Of a DNA stretch of 64,000 bases, positions 56,299 through 64,000 are shown one piece after another. The stretch lies in the NCBI GenBank assembly GCA_000004985.1, contig GG738905.1. The stretch is one strand, 5' to 3'. Made by a program: the position numbers and the translations under genes. The notes under the pieces are model-generated. The model was not told where the DNA came from, did no database searches, and was given only the letters and a program-made list of their open reading frames with translations. The first letter of the stretch is position 1. Each line of letters opens with the position of its first letter. This DNA is from Naegleria gruberi (Eukaryota).

Positions 56299-57555
56299 CT
56301 ATAAACCAGCATTGTTATCTACATAGATACTGGTGGCTTGTTTGTACATTTCCACATTTCCTCTGAATTGTTCCATTAAATCTTGATAAAATTCCTCCTC
56401 ATCTGCTGTTCTTTCTTCTTCTGGAATGCAAAAAATGACAGTACCGACAGCCAAATTATAAACAGGTTTGCAGGAATATCGTCTAATGTGATCTTGCATT
56501 TGTCTTCTAAAGTGATGCATTGCAATGACATAGGCCTGTTCTTGAGGAGTTCTCTGCTTTTCATCCTTGAGGAAAATGGCTGCAGAGTTAAGAGCAATAT
56601 TATATTCATCTTCATCTGACATTACCTGGACAGGAATTGAAGGGTAGGATTGAGTTTGATTCATGGAGCTATTTCTCACAGAATTTCCACTATCATACAG
56701 TAAAGGTGACATGCCTTCTTCAGTTTGAACAAAGCTTTCAGGTGGTAATTCCATTTCGAGGAAGGATGTAGAATTTGATGAGGAAGAGATATCAGTTAAC
56801 TCTGATTCATGTGAATTCTTTTGTAATAGTACAGTTGTGTTGGCAGTTGAAAATGAGGAAGTTGAGTTAGAGGAAGAAATATATACAGGTGAGCTTGTAA
56901 CTCCTCTTGGTGAATTGAGACCACCTCTTGGAGTTGTTGGAGAGGTGCCAAGAGCAGCAAGATTGGACAATCGTTTGATATCTATCGATTTGTGAAGCAA
57001 GTGAGCATCACCCTTGCTTATTTCAAAGGATGGTTGCTTTGTTAATACAGGTGTTGCTGTTTGATCATCAACAATAATTGGACTGGTATTAGTAATTGCT
57101 GAATTGTTGGTCAATTGCAAAGCATCATTACTCAATGTTACAACTTGTCTAATTGCTTCAATCCACTCCAATGTTTCCTCTTTAGTTTCTGTGAAGAGGA
57201 AGTAATTTCTCGAACGTTCCTGATCCTCCACAATAAACCCAAACTGTAAACCTTCCTTTTGTGCCTTTGGTTCAATAGTTTTCATTTCATAAATATTCAG
57301 AGATTGAACTCCCTTGAGTGAAATTTCACCCTGTGGAGTCTTATTTGGCTCCTTCTTCTTATTCATCTTGTGATAGGTAATCTTATTAGAGTACAAGAAG
57401 AAGTATCTCGATTTGTAATTCTTCACCTTTGCTCCCTGTTTCGTCATGACTCCTGACTTGAAACATGTCTGTGAGACACTGTAATGTTTCACCAGTGATG
57501 AGTTGGGTATCATGATGGTTGCTGCTCTCTGCTGTCCCACACTACTTCTATTCAT
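56299..57555 (-). CDS. PH-domain protein with a Ser-rich low-complexity region
   Basis: The N-terminal CFKSGVMTKQGAKVKNYKSRYFFLYSN...ISLKGVQSLNIYEM fits a PH-domain pattern (GxLxKxG.....WKRRYFVL). A Ser/Thr-rich middle and a conserved-looking C-terminal ~100 aa follow. Confidence 0.45.
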   Translation of the reverse strand: MNRSSVGQQRAATIMIPNSSLVKHYSVSQTCFKSGVMTKQGAKVKNYKSRYFFLYSNKITYHKMNKKKEPNKTPQGEISLKGVQSLNIYEMKTIEPKAQKEGLQFGFIVEDQERSRNYFLFTETKEETLEWIEAIRQVVTLSNDALQLTNNSAITNTSPIIVDDQTATPVLTKQPSFEISKGDAHLLHKSIDIKRLSNLAALGTSPTTPRGGLNSPRGVTSSPVYISSSNSTSSFSTANTTVLLQKNSHESELTDISSSSNSTSFLEMELPPESFVQTEEGMSPLLYDSGNSVRNSSMNQTQSYPSIPVQVMSDEDEYNIALNSAAIFLKDEKQRTPQEQAYVIAMHHFRRQMQDHIRRYSCKPVYNLAVGTVIFCIPEEERTADEEEFYQDLMEQFRGNVEMYKQATSIYVDNNAGL

Positions 57556-58013
57556 GATGTTAATGTTTCTTTCTTATCAAAAATTGACACACAACTTGGT
57601 ATTCTTATTGTTGTTGTTGTTGCAAAAAAGCCTAAATATTCCAATCAACCAAGTAAAAGAGGCGCGATCGATTGGGATTTTAAAATTCGCTTTTTTATGG
57701 CCAATTTAATGGATATGATGATGATACTCTCACTTCAATGAAAGCGTATGAATTTACGTTGTGGCAAAAAGTTTTGAAAAAGACAACAGGCGGTTTGGTG
57801 ACTTTTTTTTTGTGATGATTTTAAAAATTGCGCTCATTTTTTTGAAAGGATTCGGATGGAGGATTCGGCCATGTCTTTTGGAGAAATGGTTTCATCGATT
57901 GAGTATGATGGTGGGATGGCTTATTGTGGAAAAGGTTGTTGTATACAGAGATGGATGGGTTAATGTTTAACAAATATTATGTTTCGAATAAAAAGGTTGA
58001 ATCCAACATGTTA

Positions 58014-60492
58014 TTATTGAATTTGACTAAGAATGAATGCAAAACGAAAAGCTAATTCCTTATAACCTTCATATCTCTGAGCTGCTCCTCCATGTCCTTG
58101 TTTCATATTTGTTTTACAGAGAATGAGTCCAGGTTTCGAATGTGTTTTTTGAAAATGTCTCAAACGGGCCACAAATTTTAAACCTTCCCAATATTGAACT
58201 CTTGAATCATTCAGTGCATGATCCACCAATATCGAAGGGAATGGCTTATTCACATTCTCCTCACAATCAATATTATCATATGGACTATATTGAATCATGT
58301 AATCGTAAAATTTCTTAATTGTTGGATTTCCCCATTCATCATACTCAGTACAGCAGAGAGGCATACTTGGATCCATCATTGAGGAAATTAAATCAACGAA
58401 TGGAACCTCCAGAATGGCAGCCCTGAAAATTTCAGGTCTCATACACAAGACAGATCCAATTAATAGACCACCTGCAGATCCACCCTCAATTGCAAGTTTT
58501 CCTGGATTAGTCCATCCTTGTTGAATTAAATATTCTGCACTGTCAATGAAATCATAGAAGGTATTCTTCTTATTGAGAAGTTTTCCTTGGAGGTACCAAT
58601 CTCTACCCAATTCTGAACCACCTCGAACAGAAGAAACTGCATAAATGACACCTCGATCTAATAAACTGAAAATAGAGTAGGAAAAGGAGGCATCATTGCA
58701 TATGGAGTAAGCTCCATAGCCATAGAGAAGTAATGGATGTGAACCATCGAGTTCAATATCTCCATTAATTGAACTCTTTTTGTAAAGGATGTGGAGTGGT
58801 ATTTTAGCTTTTCCATCTCTAGAAGGAACCATTAATTTCTTCTGCACATAATTATTCTTGTCGAAATCTCCCAAAACTTTCTCTTGTTTGAGGATTTTAA
58901 ATTCGTGAGTGTCCATATTATATTCATAGGTTGTTTCTGGTGTCAGGAAGGATGAGTAGGTCAAACGAATGAGATTGCTTTCATAAATGTAGTTTTCAGA
59001 TTCTCCTAAATCGTATGAAGGTTCTGGGAATTCCACTTCTTTTGGTTGTTTTTCACCATTAGGATCTAAAATTACTAATTTTGGAACACCTTCACTTCTT
59101 CCAAACATGGCTAAATGATTTTCAAACGCTACCAAACTTTCAATGTAAAAATCTGGATTGTAAGGAAGAAATTCTGGAGCATTGTCAAGATCTGGATTCT
59201 CTACAGTTGTCTTGAATAATTTGAAATTTACAAATCCTTCATCATTATGCCAAAAGTAGAAATGGTCTTTGTGGTGAGTAATGTAAAGTTCAATACCTTC
59301 CTTTCTTTCCCTGTTGGCAAATAATTTAAATTCACCACTCGGTAACTCATCTACTCTCAAATATCTATATTCACAAGTATTATTCGAAATGGATTCAATA
59401 AAAATAAATTCATCTGTCAAAGTCTTGTAAGCAGCCACATTGAATTTTTCATTCATGTCACAATACACCATTTCACATTCATTCTCCAATGAAATTCTTT
59501 TGCAATCCTCAATATTATCAACTTGTTCCTCAACATTCAAAGTTTTTCTATAGACTTTATAAGGTCTATGAGCTTCATCACATGTCACAAATATAATTGT
59601 TCTAGAATCTGTTCCAAACTCAAAACTAGTATCCAAACATTCATCTCTTGAAATATATTCAGCAATAATCTTTCCACTCTTCAAATCTTTAAAGTACATT
59701 TCATAATATTCATCACCATCTACATCAATTGAGTATGCCATAATATTTTGATCAGGTGAAATATCATAAAAACCCAAATCCAAATACTCTGTTTCGAATT
59801 CTTGTGCAATTTGATTCAAATCCAATAGAATTTCCTCCTTTGCATCTTTTTCCATTGCTGATTTTCTACAATAGATTTTATACTGTTTATCTTCTTGAAT
59901 CTATTTCCACACAGTTTTAATGATTTTAAATTGATAAAATTCAATGATTTGAACCTACCCTCGAATAATAATAGTAATCCTTCCAAATATATGGAACTGA
60001 TGCATTATTTTGTTGAATCTTATTCTTAATTTCATTGAAAATCTTGTCCTGCAACTTTTTCAATGGTTTCATCTTGGTTTTCTGATAGGTATTTTCACTT
60101 TTAATATAATCCATCACCTTCTCCTTCTCCCGAAACCAAAAGTATGGATCCGAGTGTTCTAGCACTTGAATTGAATTTTCCACTTTTTCATCACGATTAT
60201 TATTCACAAAATTTAATGAAGTTGGTGTATGATTTTCCTCGATGGTGTGATGGATTTCATATCGATGCACAATTATCTCTGGAATCACATCAGGAACATC
60301 ATGAATGCCTTCACATTTAATCATCGGAATGAATTCTTCGTTTTCTGTTGATTGTTCTTCGAGCATTTTTCTTTTCTTTGCAAAGTTTCTTGCGGAATTG
60401 AATATAAATGGTTGTGATTTTGATGGATGCAGAATGGGTAATGAAGATTTGCGAGATGTACTGCTGCTATTGATGAGCAGTTGTTTTAACAT
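58014..60492 (-). CDS. S9A serine peptidase (prolyl oligopeptidase / oligopeptidase B-like), 2 exons
   Basis: Exon 1 (60492..59959) contains DPYFWFREKEKVMDYIKSENTYQ, the POP/OpdB N-terminal signature. A 58-bp intron (59901..59958, GTAGGT..AAATAG) follows. Exon 2 starts IQEDKQYKIYCRK and carries the catalytic GGSAGGLL (GxSxGG), the Asp in PSILVDHALNDSRV and a C-terminal His. The N-terminal 40 aa are basic and Ser-rich, presequence-like. Confidence 0.8.
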
Positions 60493-60564
60493 TTTTTTTG
60501 TAAACTATTTAACAAATGTTTAATATTTCACAACTAATCAATAACTTTTATTAAGAATTTCAAT

Positions 60565-63193
60565 TTACTTCTTTCTTGAACTCTTCATCTTGATACTAGT
60601 GAAAGCCATATCAGTAACAGTCATGGCAGTAATAACATTGTCAGCTCTCAAAGCTCCATCAGCAGAAACTGAAACAATTGAACTTTCAACATCAGTTGAC
60701 TTGACACTGAAAGTACCACTGACAACAGCAGTGCCATTAACAACAATACCTCCAATAGATGTGAAATCACCTCCTTGAACAATGATAGCAGCATTGGAGT
60801 GATTCAAATGAACAGTTCCATTAATTGTCAAGTTACCAGTGATGAGCAATGCATGATTCAATGTCAAGTTACCATTAACATGGGTTTCGCCATTGACAGT
60901 CAAAATGCTTCCAACTGTTGAGTTCAGGGTACCATTGACAGTTAAATTACCATTAATCAAGGTGGAGCATGGTAATGAAATGTTACCAATCATTTGGAGA
61001 GAACCATTGCTGGCAATGGATGAGTTATCCATTTCGAATGAACCATTTTGAGCCAAAGAACCATTCAATTCAAGAGTTTCATTACCCAATAAACTGCCAT
61101 TAATGAGCATGGAGCCGTTGACAGATAAGACACCCATTGACATGGATTTGAAAGTACCATTGACTGAGATAGTTCCATTAATTGAGGTATTGGATGGAAG
61201 AGACATGTTACCATCAAAGTTCATAGAACCATTAAGGTGAACAGTTTCGTTATCTTGGAAGAATGAACCATTATGAACCAAGGAACCATTCATATTGAAA
61301 TCAGTTTCATTTCCATCGAAAGAACCATTAATGAGCATGGAACCGTTGATAGACAATTGACCATCCATAGTGGAATTGATAGAACCATTAATTTGAAGAG
61401 TACCATTGATAGAATCCAATGAAGGGAGAGTCATGTTTCCTTCCATAGCCAAAGAACCATTTGAACTCATTGAAGAATTATCATGATAGAAAGAACCATT
61501 GTTTGCCAAAGTACCGTTCAATTCCAAAGAGTTGGTATAATTGCTAGAGAATGAACCATTAATGAGCATTGAACCATTAATAGACAATGTTCTGAAAGCA
61601 GTTGATCTTAAAGTACCATTGACTGAGATAGTTCCATTAATTGAGTTGTTAGATGGGAGAGTCATGTTACCGTCAATGGTAATGGAACCATTTGAACTCA
61701 TTGAAGAATTATCATGGACGAATGAACCATTGTTGGCCAAAGTACCGTTCAATTCCAATGAATTAGTTTGATTAGTGGAGAAACTGCCATTAATAAGCAT
61801 GGATCCATTGACAGACAAGACACCCATTGACATGGATTTGAAAGTACCATTCACTGAGATAGTTCCATTAATTGAGGTATTGGATGGAAGAGACATGTTA
61901 CCATCAAAGTTCATAGAACCATTAAGGTGGACAGTTTCGTTATCTTGGAAGAATGAACCATTATGAACCAAGGAACCATTCATATTGAAATCAGTTTCGT
62001 TTCCATTGAAAGAACCGTTCATAACCATCGAACCATTGATGCTCAAATCACCACTGATTGAGGAGTTAACAGTACCATTAACTTGAAGAGTACCATTGAA
62101 TTCGTCCATGGAAGGAAGAGTCAAGTTACCTTGAATGGTCAAAGAACCATTAGTGTTCAAAGAATTGTTAGAATAGACGAAACTGCCGTTATGACCCAAT
62201 GTACCATTCAATTCGAAAGCATTAACTTCATCAGCATCGAATGAACCATTAATAAAGAGAGATCCATTAGAGAACCAAGTTGAGTTGGAAATCATTAAGG
62301 AACCATTTGAAGCAATGCTACCATTAACTTGCATCAATCCGTGATCAATTGAAGCGTTGATGAATGATGAACCATTGACAATCAACGAGTCATTAATCAT
62401 GGCAACAATTCCACTAGCATTGAAAACACCTTCAATAGTCAAATTACCAACTGTCATGGAACCATCGGTGTGAGCAATACTTCCATTAACATGCAAACTA
62501 TGAGTTGAGTTGAGTGTGAAATTACCATTAGTGACCAAGGTACCATTCAAGATGGAACTATTAGATGAGGTAGTAGTGTAAAAACCCTTCATGGTGGCAT
62601 TTCCATTACTATCAGAGAAGATGGTTGTTTCACTTGCGTTTTGTGGAGCAACTGGGAGAACAATTGGAGCAACTGGAGTAACAGGTGTAACAACAGGAGG
62701 AACGACTGGCTTAACTGGTGGAATAATTGGTTTAGGATTGATTGGAGCAGTATCATTGCACAACTTTAAGTGATCTCTGCAAATCAAGGTCTTGATATTC
62801 TTATTCTTATTCTTGCCTTGTTGCATAGTTTTCAAGGCATTATCAAGAGTGGAACAGAAATTATGTCTGTAATGATTACAAAGTGAAAGAACAGATCCAG
62901 TTTTAACTGTTATATATGCAATAACATGAAAATGAACGAAGCATTGTAGATGTATTAAGGGAATTAAGTGAGTATTTGCAAACACATGTGATAGTTATTA
63001 TATAATATGTAACGAGTTCAATGTTCATTCAAAAAGAAATACCTTACTTACTCTTATCGGTAGCAACCATATCAAAGCTAGTTTTACAGAATGTGCATGG
63101 ATTAGCTGAGAAACCATAGACAGTACAAGCGATGGCGCTCAACAAGACCACCAATGTGATAATCAATTGCTTCTTTTGCATTTTTTCTTTCAT
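60565..63193 (-). CDS. secreted Asn-rich repeat glycoprotein (NGS/NGT sequon-rich), 2 exons
   Basis: Exon 1 (63193..63052) encodes MKEKMQKKQLIITLVVLLSAIACTVYGFSANPCTFCKTSFDMVATDK, a signal peptide. A 145-bp intron (GTAAGT..AACAG) follows. Exon 2 encodes a Cys-containing head, a Pro/Val linker (PVKPVVPPVVTPVTPVAPIVLP) and then ~650 aa of periodic N-G-S/T units (>80 sequons). Two stretches of ~75 aa are near-identical: NETDFNMNGSLVHNGSFFQDNETVHLNGSMNFDGNMSLPSNTSINGTISVNGTFKSMSMGVLSVNGSMLINGS. Confidence 0.55.
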
Positions 63194-64000
63194 ATTTGCA
63201 ATTTCCAACTAGAAACAAGAGCTTTAAAGTCTCGTGGGAGTAATGTGCAATCTGTTTGTTGAATTTCATAGAAGTATGTGGGATTAAGGCAGTCTAATAC
63301 GGATATCAGAGGAGTTGATGATGCGCAGAAACTCCACTCTCATTCTAAATAACTCAGCGAATTGAGGTGCTGTGTCGTTGTTTGTGGAGAATGCAACAAT
63401 CATTCACACACAACTGGATGTTGGTTCAACATCAGTCGCTCCTTAGTAAAAATTTGCATTATCAAGCGCTCGCTCTATTATTTTGCGTGGGTGAAATGTG
63501 AACATTTTGAATTACTGTAGGAACGGTTCCAATTTCATTCCAACCAATTAAGGACGGTTGAGATTCATCATTGTTAAGGAGTAATTTAAGGATTGAAGAA
63601 TCAAAAATTGAGTATAAGTGTTACATTTTCCAGAGTTCGTAGATACCAGTTTCTTAGAGTTCTGATTTCTTATATTGTAGACCCAGAAGGAGTTGGAAAA
63701 TTTCTTAGATTTTCAAAGGAGATTGTTGAGGAGTTTTCTACTCTGTTGATTTCTTTTATCGTATGGATGCATACAGAAAATGTACCATGAATGGCATATT
63801 TTGAGCATATAGATGTGCTTCCACATGTTGTTTTACATGCATTGATTTGTTATTTCATTTGACAATCTGTAAAATTCCAACACATTATCATTCATGCATT
63901 TTCAATCCTTTCACTTTATAAATAGTATTATACATCAATATTTCAATTGACTACTCTACAGTAAATTGTTAATCTACAGTAAAATAGTTCATGATAACGA

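Noticed and set aside
61541-61966. Short plus-strand ORFs (60-76 aa) inside the Asn-rich glycoprotein gene
   Set aside because: They are antisense products of the NGS-repeat coding sequence, with PL/TE-rich mirrored periodicity and no support.
60565-62985. Possible CRISPR-like or minisatellite array suggested by the regular NGS periodicity
   Set aside because: The periodicity is at the protein level, with degenerate 15-18-nt codon repeats, inside a long ORF with a signal peptide. There are no identical direct DNA repeats with unique spacers, and the context is eukaryotic.

Overview
This is eukaryotic nuclear DNA, not a prokaryotic locus. It is AT-rich (roughly one-third GC) and uses the standard genetic code. 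Genes are densely packed on both strands, and most are long single-exon ORFs. Several genes are split by very small spliceosomal introns of 41-184 bp. Their 5' ends read GTAGGT, GTATGT or GTAAGT, and the S3 gene has a TACTAAC-like branch site. Highly expressed genes use yeast/amoebozoan-like codons (AGA, GGT, GCT, TTG, AAG, CCA). The lineage cannot be fixed from sequence alone; an AT-rich protist, early-diverging fungus or small-genome invertebrate are all possible.

Recognisable genes: histone H4; ribosomal protein uS3 with a 5'UTR intron; mitoribosomal mL41, divergent from uS3; inositol-pentakisphosphate 2-kinase; GST zeta; stefin/cystatin; an SDR; an RsuA-type pseudouridine synthase; a CorA Mg2+ channel; an S9A oligopeptidase; an actin-related protein; a transglutaminase-like (KY) peptidase; NmrA-like and SRPBCC proteins; a vWA protein; an SH3BGR-like thioredoxin-fold protein; a microbial-type terpene-synthase-like gene; a DUF4116-repeat/atypical-kinase protein; at least 7 F-box-like proteins, one fused to a Rab-like GTPase; and a large secreted Asn-rich glycoprotein.

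There are eight tRNA genes: Glu x2, Phe, Gly x2, Gln, Lys, Asn. Repeat structure: a 1.3-kb inverted duplication carrying a secreted, extremely Lys/Cys-rich protein gene at both ends of a ~38-kb interval, each next to a tRNA-Glu; an inverted tRNA-Gly pair; two 5'-truncated 5S-rRNA-like copies; and two further short conserved elements. Two apparent frameshifts and a start-less RNase H domain ORF are also present.
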